From contig JBMFKU010000012.1 in assembly GCA_049971805.1 (NCBI GenBank), positions 1-38,802 on the forward strand: a stretch of DNA of 38,802 bases. Direction: 5' to 3'. Shown piece by piece: positions 10,801-20,014 of this stretch (position 1 is the stretch's first letter; each line of letters begins with the position of its first letter). Below the pieces are notes generated by a model. The model was not told the DNA's origin. It did not search any database and worked only from the letters and a program-made list of their open reading frames with translations. The position numbers were made by a program, and so were the translations under genes. This stretch comes from Caldisphaera sp. (lineage in GTDB: Archaea; Thermoproteota; Thermoprotei_A; Sulfolobales; Acidilobaceae).

Positions 10801-12072
10801 TTATGAAGATATTTTTATATTTATAAAGCCGTCTTTAAACTCCCCTTTTAATGATTGCAAAAAATTATTTATAGAATTATAACCAAAAATTTGTTCTAAT
10901 TGAATTGCAGGTATTGATAAAATGCTATCATTTGATTTGCAAACTAATGCGTCTTTTTCTATATAACCTAATGATCTTAAAGAATTTGCTACGGGACTTA
11001 ATGGTAAATTATCCTCTTCCAATACATAAACCTTGGCAAAGTTTACTGATTTAACCCTAACAAACTTATTGCTTAGAATTATTTCAGAAGCTTTTTCTAC
11101 ATTACTTTTTAGATATTTTATTACTTGCGGATACTCATTTTCATAATCTGCTATCATCGCTAAAGCTGATTCTACACCAATGGTTTCTATTAATGAGTTA
11201 ATCACCGTCATAACTTCTCTGGGATCCTCTAAAACCAAATTTGCAGAAGATGATTCAATACCTCCAACATAATCCGTTATTTCTATTTCTTTTCTTGAAT
11301 ACTTCTTTAATTGATTCAATACCATCACTGTTAATTCTTTTATAGTATTTTCATCTAACTTTATTATAGGATTTTGAAGAGCTTTATCTAAATTAGCTTC
11401 TTTAAGTTGTTTTCTACAAATATCTTCATCAGTGAAAGTTAAATACAATGGATTTAATGTTATAGAAGAAGAATGGCAGAAATCCATAGTTAGAGGCCTA
11501 AATAGCTTTAGACCTGTAAGCATTTCAAGTTTTAAATTATTGTCTTTATTTAATATGTTAAGAAGTATGTAATCTAATGAGTGGAATTTACCACTACTAT
11601 CAACATATTTGCTCGAATATGAAGATGCAAGCGAAATGATTGCATACTCTGGCTTCATTGGTATAATATTAGAATACTTTAATCCAAAATAAATACTTGA
11701 TCCAATGCTACCATCAACTTCTATGTATGTTGAATTTGATATTGGTATTGAATCTATTTTATTTGAAATTGCTAGCAAAAAACTGTTTATATCTGATACA
11801 TTATAATTCAAATTGCTAAAACCTATTAATATAGTAGGATCAGAAATTTTATGCGGAGGTAGATTTGTTATCTTAAATGATGGTTTTACATTTAAATTTA
11901 TTGCTATATTAAACATAAGTAGTCCTGCAATAATTCCATCTAATGAGGGGTATACCAAAATTTTTAGAATACCCGAATCTTTCCCGTCTTGAAAAAGTTT
12001 GCTTAAATTGGATGAAAATGTCGTTAATTGCTTTTCATAATTTTCTCCTGGTTCTAGCTTTATCTTTAACAA
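10801..12072 (-). CDS. Degenerate DHH-family RecJ/Cdc45 (GAN)-like protein
   Basis: VYPSLDGIIAG resembles motif I (HxDxDG). The DHH motif is absent. Lies between rps15 and pcc1. Confidence 0.6.
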   Translation of the reverse strand: MLKIKLEPGENYEKQLTTFSSNLSKLFQDGKDSGILKILVYPSLDGIIAGLLMFNIAINLNVKPSFKITNLPPHKISDPTILIGFSNLNYNVSDINSFLLAISNKIDSIPISNSTYIEVDGSIGSSIYFGLKYSNIIPMKPEYAIISLASSYSSKYVDSSGKFHSLDYILLNILNKDNNLKLEMLTGLKLFRPLTMDFCHSSSITLNPLYLTFTDEDICRKQLKEANLDKALQNPIIKLDENTIKELTVMVLNQLKKYSRKEIEITDYVGGIESSSANLVLEDPREVMTVINSLIETIGVESALAMIADYENEYPQVIKYLKSNVEKASEIILSNKFVRVKSVNFAKVYVLEEDNLPLSPVANSLRSLGYIEKDALVCKSNDSILSIPAIQLEQIFGYNSINNFLQSLKGEFKDGFINIKISS

Positions 12073-12150
12073 TACTACCCACCTGTATTAAAAATATTCT
12101 TTTTCAAATATTAACTTTTATAAATTTAATAAAACTAAAACGCTTATAAA

Positions 12151-12636
12151 TTAACTAGAAGATCCAGCAACTAAAAGTTTGGCTGTTTGAGGATCATATT
12201 CCCAACTGTAAGGCAATTTGCCAACTTTTTTATAATATCTGGTAAGCCTTCTAATTTTTGATTCTGTAAATATTAATCCACGCTTGCTTAACTCATCTTT
12301 TGGTTGCTCATCTATATGCCTTCTTAAATTAACTGCCCTTTTTATTAAATTAAATAAATCTTCAGGTATTTTTGGGGCCAAGCCTCTTTCTTCTAATACT
12401 TTACCTATTTTCTTTCCTATAACGGTTTTTGCTAGAGGTACTCCAAATTGATCTCTAAGGACTACCCCTATTTGACTAGAGGAATAACCTTTCTTAGCTA
12501 ATTCTTCAATAATTAACTCTATTTCTTGCTGACTATAGCCAAGCCAATTAGGCGGGCTAGGTGTTGCAGGCCTTATAGAGTGTGATCGACCTCTTCTACT
12601 GTTTTTATGCAACCTTTTCACTCCCTTTTCTTCCAC
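12151..12636 (-). CDS. rps15: 30S ribosomal protein S15 (uS15/S13e)
   Basis: GRSHSIRP, IGVVLRDQFGVP, IPEDL and ESKIRRLTRYYK. Confidence 0.97.
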   Translation of the reverse strand: MEEKGVKRLHKNSRRGRSHSIRPATPSPPNWLGYSQQEIELIIEELAKKGYSSSQIGVVLRDQFGVPLAKTVIGKKIGKVLEERGLAPKIPEDLFNLIKRAVNLRRHIDEQPKDELSKRGLIFTESKIRRLTRYYKKVGKLPYSWEYDPQTAKLLVAGSSS

Positions 12637-12724
12637 TACCGCTATAAAGATTCTGCAATTTATTAGTTTTAATATTTTATGCTAGATAATTTTGAATAAC
12701 AAATTAAAAATTTCATTATCCTTA

Positions 12725-13024
12725 TTATACCTGATCTCCATATTCTCCCATTTGATCTAGGACCAGTTCATAATAATCTTCCTTGGCCTGCTCTAGCTCT
12801 TCCTTATTTTCTTCTTTATTGACATCTTGTTCTTGACCAACAGTTTTAGTTGTTAACACCTTTTCCTTCTCAGCCGCTTTCGTCACACTTTTATATTCTT
12901 TTACAGCTTTATCCGGAGCTTCCATTTCGTATCCACATTTAGTACATTTCATTATTACTTTTCCATCCTTTTTAATAGGTATCATTACTCCTCCACATTT
13001 AGGACAAAACATCATATTTTTCAC
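12725..13024 (-). CDS. TFS/RpoM paralog with only the N-terminal Zn ribbon (TFS2-like)
   Basis: FCPKCGGVM...CTKCGY followed by an acidic helical tail. No C-terminal ribbon or RSADE motif. Confidence 0.75.
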   Translation of the reverse strand: MKNMMFCPKCGGVMIPIKKDGKVIMKCTKCGYEMEAPDKAVKEYKSVTKAAEKEKVLTTKTVGQEQDVNKEENKEELEQAKEDYYELVLDQMGEYGDQV

Positions 13025-13182
13025 ACCAGTTTTATCTATTGCCCTATCATTTTTATCCTAGAGAGGTTATAATAATTTCTATCTTGAATTCAAACATTAT
13101 ATATGTATAAAAAATATACAACTATTACACCAAAGATAATACCAAAGTAAATACAGGCTAATATATCAAATTAATTAATAAT

Positions 13183-14292
13183 CTATAAAAATGATATCGA
13201 AAATGGACTAGAAGGTCTATAATTCCCAACTATATCAATTTTCGTTTTACATCTGGGACATCTATTATCTTTTGTTAATCTCCATGCTTTTATGTAAAAA
13301 CCGTATCTCTCTATTAATGGATAGCCACAATTTGGACAGTACGTATTCTCTAAGGCATGTCCTGGTACATTACCGATATAAACATATTTAAGACCTTCCT
13401 TTTTTGCTATATCGGCTAACTTTTCAAGTGTTTTAACTGGGGTATCTGAGCTATTGATCATTTTATAATCTGGATGGAACCTAAGCAATTGGAAGGGGAC
13501 ATTATCACCCAAATTTTCTACAATCCACCTTGCTAATTTCTTTATATCTTCTTCTTTGTCTCCTACATTAGGCACAACTAAGTTTGTAATTTCCATCCAA
13601 ATGTGCTTTTCTTTCATTGCTTTCAATGTAACAAATATGGGTTCAGGATCTGGTACCCCCATGTATTTTCTATAAAATTCTTTGTTACCTCCTCCTTTGA
13701 AATCTACAGTTGCAGCATCTAAAACATTTCCTAACTCATCAACAGCTTCTGGAGTTATATAACCATTTGTTACCATGGTGTTAAATAAACCTTTCCTCTT
13801 AGCCAATACAGCTGTATCGTACATGAATTCATACATAATTGTCGGCTCATTATATGTATACGAAATTCCATCAGCATTTACAGACAGTGCATCATTAACT
13901 ACTTCCTCTGGACTTTTTAATTTACCATACAAACCTTTTTCTAATCTGCTTTGGCTTATTTCCCAATTTTGACAGAATATGCAAAAGAAATCACAACCAA
14001 CTGTTGAGATGCTTAAAACAGAGCTTCCTGGGTTAAAATGCATTAAGGGTTTTTTCTCTATAGGATCGATATTTTCAGCAGTTAATAAGCCATAAACCAT
14101 TGTATATAACTTTCCATTTATATTTTTTCTAACTCCACAAGCTCCCCATGCATTTGGTGCTATGATACACCTTCTATGGCATAAATTACATTTTACCCAT
14201 CCTGGCCTATTTTTTATAGGCTCCCAAAATTTTGCTTCTCTTATATATTTCTTCTCATTTATTTCATCATCACTGCCCTCGGATCGTACCAT
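13183..14292 (-). CDS. amrS: AmmeMemoRadiSam-type radical SAM enzyme (PFL-activase-like family)
   Basis: CNLCHRRC..GACGVR, DPIEKKPL, GCDFFCIFCQNW (CxxxCxxC), TYNEP, RFHP and NTYCPNC. GGAGGTGA SD upstream. Confidence 0.9.
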   Translation of the reverse strand: MVRSEGSDDEINEKKYIREAKFWEPIKNRPGWVKCNLCHRRCIIAPNAWGACGVRKNINGKLYTMVYGLLTAENIDPIEKKPLMHFNPGSSVLSISTVGCDFFCIFCQNWEISQSRLEKGLYGKLKSPEEVVNDALSVNADGISYTYNEPTIMYEFMYDTAVLAKRKGLFNTMVTNGYITPEAVDELGNVLDAATVDFKGGGNKEFYRKYMGVPDPEPIFVTLKAMKEKHIWMEITNLVVPNVGDKEEDIKKLARWIVENLGDNVPFQLLRFHPDYKMINSSDTPVKTLEKLADIAKKEGLKYVYIGNVPGHALENTYCPNCGYPLIERYGFYIKAWRLTKDNRCPRCKTKIDIVGNYRPSSPFSISFL

Positions 14293-15125
14293 ATATTATC
14301 ACCTCCAGTTAATCTCACAAATGTTTTATCTGATTTTTTAGAAATTATATTATAAAAAGGCAATAAATATTTGCAATTCCAACACTTGCCATTTTCCACC
14401 TCAAGAGAAAGTAGAACTCCCTTTTCTCTAAATGCAACAGGTTTTCCACAGTTTGGACAATAAGTATTATATTCTCCATATAGTTCGACATGTATATATA
14501 CGTAAGGATCAAGCTCTTTAATTTGCTCATAGAAATCTTTCACCAACTTACCACCTCTATGGTTTAATAAATAAACATGTATTGGAACCATGGACTCTCC
14601 GGCTGATTTTGCAATAGGCATAAATTTTTCAAATATAGGTTCATCATAGTAAACCTGAATTTCTTTCCAAGGACTCCCTTTATCCTTTATAAACCTAATT
14701 GTATCAATGCTATTAGAAACTGGGTTATCAATAAAATAATCATAGATAATAAAATCGGCATATCTATTAGAAACTGGGTTAAAGGTTCTTATCCCAATTG
14801 GTACTTCTAAGTTATTTTTCATGTCAACTATTTTATTATTTAAAAGATCAAATGATATATTACCTTCCAGAATAATTCCATTAATCTTCCACAACTCTAT
14901 TAATTTTTTAATATCATTTAGTGTAAATTCTTTCAGCGCAACTAGATTTGAATTGTATATAGAACATATATGATATTTTCTACAATTAAAATTTGTTTTT
15001 TCTGGTGGCAAAACCAATCTTAAAACCTTACCACCTGATAGATAATGATATAATGATAGATTTTCTGATGTAGTTACACCAATGCTGGCTATAGACACAC
15101 TTGATAACATGACATTGCTTTCCAA
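14259..15125 (-). CDS. Degenerate paralog of the adjacent radical SAM enzyme
   Basis: Aligns by eye with its neighbour (ENLSLYHYLSGGKVL, WKEI, YVYIH..NTYCPNCG..CWNC) but lacks CxxxCxxC. Confidence 0.75.
   Translation of the reverse strand: MESNVMLSSVSIASIGVTTSENLSLYHYLSGGKVLRLVLPPEKTNFNCRKYHICSIYNSNLVALKEFTLNDIKKLIELWKINGIILEGNISFDLLNNKIVDMKNNLEVPIGIRTFNPVSNRYADFIIYDYFIDNPVSNSIDTIRFIKDKGSPWKEIQVYYDEPIFEKFMPIAKSAGESMVPIHVYLLNHRGGKLVKDFYEQIKELDPYVYIHVELYGEYNTYCPNCGKPVAFREKGVLLSLEVENGKCWNCKYLLPFYNIISKKSDKTFVRLTGGDNIWYDPRAVMMK
14710..14781. repeat. Exact 18-bp direct repeat with 54-bp spacing
   Basis: CTATTAGAAACTGGGTTA at 14710-14727 and 14764-14781; both encode NPVSN. Confidence 0.85.
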
Positions 15126-15205
15126 TTCGACTCTACCTTATATATTTATTTTACCTAAAGGATATTTACTTTTGTTATTACTTTGACTATTATAATCAAG
15201 ATAGA

Positions 15206-15727
15206 TTATTTTAGTAAATCGCTTAAAAAGTTTTTTACTTTAACTTCTATATTATTCTGCCTTGATATATTAATTATTTCATTATAAGTAGAATCCTTTA
15301 TTTGATCTATATTAAATCCTTCTTTTTCATATTTTAATGCAACTAAATAAGTTGCTATAAGGTCGGAAATCTTTGCTATTATTGCTTCTTTTGTTTTTCT
15401 CTCGCTATATCTGAAGTACAATTCTTTAATTAGGTTGCTTATATTAAGATTGTTTATTGCTTCATTCTCTACCTCTTTTTTATCTAAATCTATCCCTTTT
15501 GTTATATCTCCTATAGTTGCTTCACCTATATCATGAATTAATGCTATAGATGCAGCTTCATATGGATTTACATCATCAAATTTTAAAGAAAGCTCTAACG
15601 CAATTAACGATGAAGCAAAGGAATGCATAGAAACTGTTTCTGAACATGCTGGGCATACACCACTTAACATCCACCCAGTCCTAGCCAAAGAGTTTAATGA
15701 ATAAACTATGTCCTTAATATTTTTCAT
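15206..15727 (-). CDS. HD-domain phosphohydrolase (YfbR/HDDC2-like)
   Basis: RTGW, ETVSMHS, LIHDIGE and GDI motifs. Confidence 0.88.
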   Translation of the reverse strand: MKNIKDIVYSLNSLARTGWMLSGVCPACSETVSMHSFASSLIALELSLKFDDVNPYEAASIALIHDIGEATIGDITKGIDLDKKEVENEAINNLNISNLIKELYFRYSERKTKEAIIAKISDLIATYLVALKYEKEGFNIDQIKDSTYNEIINISRQNNIEVKVKNFLSDLLK

Positions 15728-15750
15728 AGTTAATCACCATTAATTATAAG

Positions 15751-18636
15751 CTATCTTTCCAAAAAAAGTGCAGGTCTACCTGGCAAGGAATTTGATTTTC
15801 TCTGCGAGTTGCTTTCTTCTTCTAATTCTATTGATATATCAATATTTAGTTCTTTAGAAATAAATTCCCTTGCTTCCTTTAACGACTTAATTTCTAATTC
15901 TCTATCAACAAATTTATTAACTAACTCAGGGTTCTTTGCTATAGCATCAATTGTTTTTAAAACTTGTTCTTTTTCTACCCCATAGTCTTTGCTTAACAAA
16001 TTCCTTTTTACATCCTTAATAAACATTCCTTTTTCTATATTATCTTTAATATCATACATTAACCTGTACTTCCATTCAGCAGAAACTATTATATGCAATT
16101 TCTTTCCGCTCTTCAGTAACTTCATAAGCTCGCCAGCATCATTAATTAGACTTCTTATTATTTCTTCTGATTTTTCATAGCTTTCATTTATTTTTTTCTC
16201 ATCAACTTCTGGCCACCTATGAAGAGATACAAAATCTTTATTACCCATTAAATGCCATGCTTCTTCTGCTACATGAGGAACTATTGGAGCTATCATTAAT
16301 GTGATAGCTTCAAGGTATTTATTTACAATTTGCTTGTTAGGAATTTTAACTCTCTTTATATACCATCTGTAATTATTTTGAAGATCATAATATGCCTTTA
16401 TTATTGCGCTCTTAAATTTGGTCTCCTCCATGAACTTTGTCACATCTCTTATAGTTTTATTCAAAACACTTTCAAACCAATCATCTATATTAAGCCTTTC
16501 ATTCCTTCCTTTGTTATATTCTTCGGATACCTGCTTTAGCCATAAATTTAGTTCATCAACAGCTTTTGTTGCAACGTTAGTTTCAAAATTAGCATCATCA
16601 AAACCGGAATCTGCTCCAGCTAAAACCTCAGCCCACCTTGTTGCATCCGCTCCCCATGATTCTAAAGCCTGCCTTAAAGTAATGAAATTCCCAGTAGACT
16701 TGCTCATCTTTTCTCCATTGAACAAAACCCAGCCATTTATTCCAATACCTTTAGGCCATTTGCTTTTATCAAATATAGCAGCATGATGAAAAATGTAAAA
16801 CAACAAATGATTTTGAATTAGGTCTTTTCCACTAATTCTTAGATCGACTGGATACCAATACAAAAACTCGTTTCTCATTTTGTTTATAATTTCTTTATCT
16901 AAGCCTATTTTACTAGATATTTGATCTATATCTCCTTTACCTAGAAATATATAATCAAATAGCTCAGGCGTTAATTTCGATTCATCCAACTTGCCTTGTA
17001 TGTAATGCGAGATCGTGTAGTAAGCCATGTAAATAGTCGAATCACTTAAACTCTCAATAACCCAGTCCTTATCCCAAGGTAAAGATGTGCCAAGTTCATT
17101 CATATGAGTAAAGGCCCAATCATCCAGCCAGTCTATTAGTTGCAAAAATTCATTTCTTGCATTTTCTGGATAGAACCTCATCAAACTAACTAATTCCTTT
17201 GCTTTATTCTTCCATTGTTCGTTGCCATATAGCAAGAACCATTGATTCTCGACAAACTTTACATGAGTTCTTGCACCACATCTACAATAAACTTTCGATG
17301 GTAACGTGTAAATTTTTACTGCCGCATTCATTTTTATTAAGTAATCCTCTATTTCATCTTTAACCTCTGCTACCTTCTTCCCAGAAAATTTACCTAATTC
17401 ATTAATCATGATACCATTATAATATTCTTTAGCATAAAGTTCTTTAGTCGCTTTCTCTAGTTGTTCTATATCTTCTTGGTCTTTAACCTTATATTTTCTT
17501 ATCACAATTTTCGCTGGTATTTCTTTATCTAATTCATTAGTTTTTATAATAACTATGGGTTCCAAATTCAATATTTCTTCTTTATCGATCCCAAATTTAT
17601 TTAAAATATTTGAATTCTTTTTCAAATCTTCTAATGCAATAAAATCATAAGGTGCGTGAGCTGGGACGCTCATAACAATACCAGTTCCTTCATCAGGTAT
17701 TACAAAACTTGCTGGAAGTATAATTACATGTTTATTATTTATAGGATTTAATACCTTTTTTCCAATCAGTTCTTTTGAATCAACTTTCCCCTTAATTTTT
17801 ACATTATGCTTTTGATCAGATAATTCATCTGCAATATAATCATTTATTATCCATGTTTCATTATCCACATCTGCAATATTATATGTATAATTTGGATTAA
17901 TCCAAACATTAGTTACTCCAAAAATTGTTTCAGGTCTATATGTTAAAGTTGGTATTATAATCTCTTCATCTGTTTTAAATTTAATTATTGTTGCGCTAAC
18001 TGGCCCTATACCAGCATATTCATCTGGCCTATCGTGGTCTCCCACAACCTTCTTTTCTTTAGGACACCAAACTACTGGATGACTCCCTTTATCTATCAAC
18101 TTAAGATCTCTTAACTTAAAATATTGCCATTCCACAAACTTATTATAATAAGGATTCAATTTTGTCGTATAAAACTTTCTTCTCCAATCTATACTTAGTC
18201 CAAATCTTTTAAAATCTTTTTCCCACTCATTGGTAAAGTAATATACCCAAAATGAAGGATCTTCAAACTTTTCTATCATATTATTAGGTATCCCCATGCT
18301 CTTAAGCTCTTCTATTTTCTTCTGATCCTTCTCCTTTATCCTCCTAGCAGATGATACTATAGGGCCCCCAGTAGCATGAAAACCTTGAGGAAATAATACG
18401 TTGTAATTTCTCATTCTTTTATATCTAGCCATAATATCTACTCTTAAAATAGTAAAGGCGCTTCCAAGATGTGGCAAGCCATTAACATATGGAAAAGGAA
18501 AGGTTATGAAAAATTTCTTCCTTGCATCAGGATTTGACTCATATATTTTTGCTTTTTCCCATTCATTTTGCCATTTCTCTTCAATTTGTTTTAATTTATC
18601 AATAGAATTCATAACATTTTGAGCCATTCTTCTCAC
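15751..18636 (-). CDS. leuS: Leucyl-tRNA synthetase, archaeal type
   Basis: PYVNGLPHLGS (HIGH-like), RPET and GTGIVMSVPAHAPYD editing motifs, IESLSDSTIY, KMSKS and a PGRPA C-terminus. Confidence 0.96.
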   Translation of the reverse strand: MRRMAQNVMNSIDKLKQIEEKWQNEWEKAKIYESNPDARKKFFITFPFPYVNGLPHLGSAFTILRVDIMARYKRMRNYNVLFPQGFHATGGPIVSSARRIKEKDQKKIEELKSMGIPNNMIEKFEDPSFWVYYFTNEWEKDFKRFGLSIDWRRKFYTTKLNPYYNKFVEWQYFKLRDLKLIDKGSHPVVWCPKEKKVVGDHDRPDEYAGIGPVSATIIKFKTDEEIIIPTLTYRPETIFGVTNVWINPNYTYNIADVDNETWIINDYIADELSDQKHNVKIKGKVDSKELIGKKVLNPINNKHVIILPASFVIPDEGTGIVMSVPAHAPYDFIALEDLKKNSNILNKFGIDKEEILNLEPIVIIKTNELDKEIPAKIVIRKYKVKDQEDIEQLEKATKELYAKEYYNGIMINELGKFSGKKVAEVKDEIEDYLIKMNAAVKIYTLPSKVYCRCGARTHVKFVENQWFLLYGNEQWKNKAKELVSLMRFYPENARNEFLQLIDWLDDWAFTHMNELGTSLPWDKDWVIESLSDSTIYMAYYTISHYIQGKLDESKLTPELFDYIFLGKGDIDQISSKIGLDKEIINKMRNEFLYWYPVDLRISGKDLIQNHLLFYIFHHAAIFDKSKWPKGIGINGWVLFNGEKMSKSTGNFITLRQALESWGADATRWAEVLAGADSGFDDANFETNVATKAVDELNLWLKQVSEEYNKGRNERLNIDDWFESVLNKTIRDVTKFMEETKFKSAIIKAYYDLQNNYRWYIKRVKIPNKQIVNKYLEAITLMIAPIVPHVAEEAWHLMGNKDFVSLHRWPEVDEKKINESYEKSEEIIRSLINDAGELMKLLKSGKKLHIIVSAEWKYRLMYDIKDNIEKGMFIKDVKRNLLSKDYGVEKEQVLKTIDAIAKNPELVNKFVDRELEIKSLKEAREFISKELNIDISIELEEESNSQRKSNSLPGRPALFLER

Positions 18637-18767
18637 TCAGTCTCTATAAAAGGCTATTCCAAGTAACATAAAAATTTTTTGTTAATTTAAGAAGGAAACC
18701 TTTTATATTGAAATCAAAACAATTAAACATATTAAATCTAGTCACTGTATTATTTTTGGTGAAATTC

Positions 18768-19097
18768 ATGTCGGAAGGAGAAAAAAATACCATAAAAAAA
18801 GAATTTAAAGGGGAAGCCAAGGTAGGAAAAGTTATGAAAAACTTTGCTTCGATATCTCTTAAACCAGAAGATCTATCAAGCCCAGTAGCTTTCCAAATGG
18901 CTATTTCTAGGTTATATGAATCTCTAATGAAAGTGTTTGAATCAGGAGGTCCAGAATCTACATATATAGCTGAAGTAAGAATAACAGATGATACAGGAAA
19001 TCAAATATCGATAGCTATTGATCTAGGGAATAATATACCACCTTTTTCTTCAGAGAAGGTCAAAGCGGACGTACAAGTAACTCTATATGAGGAATGA
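18768..19097 (+). CDS. Hypothetical protein (ATG at 18768 after GGTGA)
   Basis: SD sequence and typical codon usage; no recognised motif. Confidence 0.7.
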   Translation: MSEGEKNTIKKEFKGEAKVGKVMKNFASISLKPEDLSSPVAFQMAISRLYESLMKVFESGGPESTYIAEVRITDDTGNQISIAIDLGNNIPPFSSEKVKADVQVTLYEE

Positions 19098-19234
19098 TTT
19101 TTTATATTTCTCCAATAAACATTTTTGAATCTTAAATAATGCACTAATTAAAATCTTATAAAATCTAAAAATGAGATATTTTTGGCTTTTCTCTAATCCT
19201 TAGAACTTATAAAATCTCAAAGGTAAAAATAAAT

Positions 19235-20014
19235 TTATTTTAAATCGTTCATAAGATCTATATAATATTTTGAATATATTTGATTTAAATCATCTTTAAA
19301 TGCCCAACGATTCTCAACATAATCCAATAAATCAGGTTCAAGATCTATAGGCAATGCAAAATCCTGGCTCCCTAAGCTAACAAGCATATCGCCGTGAGGG
19401 TTAAACACTATACTTTGCCCCCCAGTTATTCTTCCATCGGGATATACTGTTTTAGTATTGTTAACCCCTATGCTGAAAGACATATTTTCAGATGCTCTAG
19501 CACTTAAAACGGAATGCCAAAGTTTGATGCTATCCTCCGATATACTAGCAGGATTATATAAAATATTGGCTCCGTTAATTGTATGAATTCTTGAAATCTC
19601 TGGATAAAATATATCAACGCAACCAATGCATCCTATCTTCCAATCATCGACGGATATCGGATAAATATATTTACCTTTACTAATAAAACCTCTTTCGTAA
19701 ACAGCTTTAGACGCATTTATTTTTTCACATATCTTAATAACCTTATTATCTATAAAGGCTAAACCCACGCTTTTGATAACGTCTTTTTCGTAAACATATT
19801 GTATACCACCCAAAATGTTTTCTTTTAGCTTATTACCAAGTTTATCAATATAATAATAGTAATCATCAATATTTAATGGCTTATTTAACAACCAATTTTC
19901 ACTAAAAGCTGGTATTCCTTTAAATCCATCTAATAATGTCATGGCTTCCAAAAAATTCTCCTCTGTGGTACTTCTTCTTCTAAATTGTGTTATTACTATT
20001 CTTATTGGCTTCAT
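19235..20014 (-). CDS. Carbon-nitrogen hydrolase (nitrilase superfamily)
   Basis: E-K-C triad (FSEN, EKI, GCVDIFYPE), ARASEN and GQSIVFNPHG. Confidence 0.85.
   Translation of the reverse strand: MKPIRIVITQFRRRSTTEENFLEAMTLLDGFKGIPAFSENWLLNKPLNIDDYYYYIDKLGNKLKENILGGIQYVYEKDVIKSVGLAFIDNKVIKICEKINASKAVYERGFISKGKYIYPISVDDWKIGCIGCVDIFYPEISRIHTINGANILYNPASISEDSIKLWHSVLSARASENMSFSIGVNNTKTVYPDGRITGGQSIVFNPHGDMLVSLGSQDFALPIDLEPDLLDYVENRWAFKDDLNQIYSKYYIDLMNDLK

Noticed and set aside
18455-18490. HLGS instead of HIGH suggesting an inactive LeuRS
   Set aside because: All other catalytic and editing motifs are intact, and I recall this variant in related crenarchaeal LeuRS.
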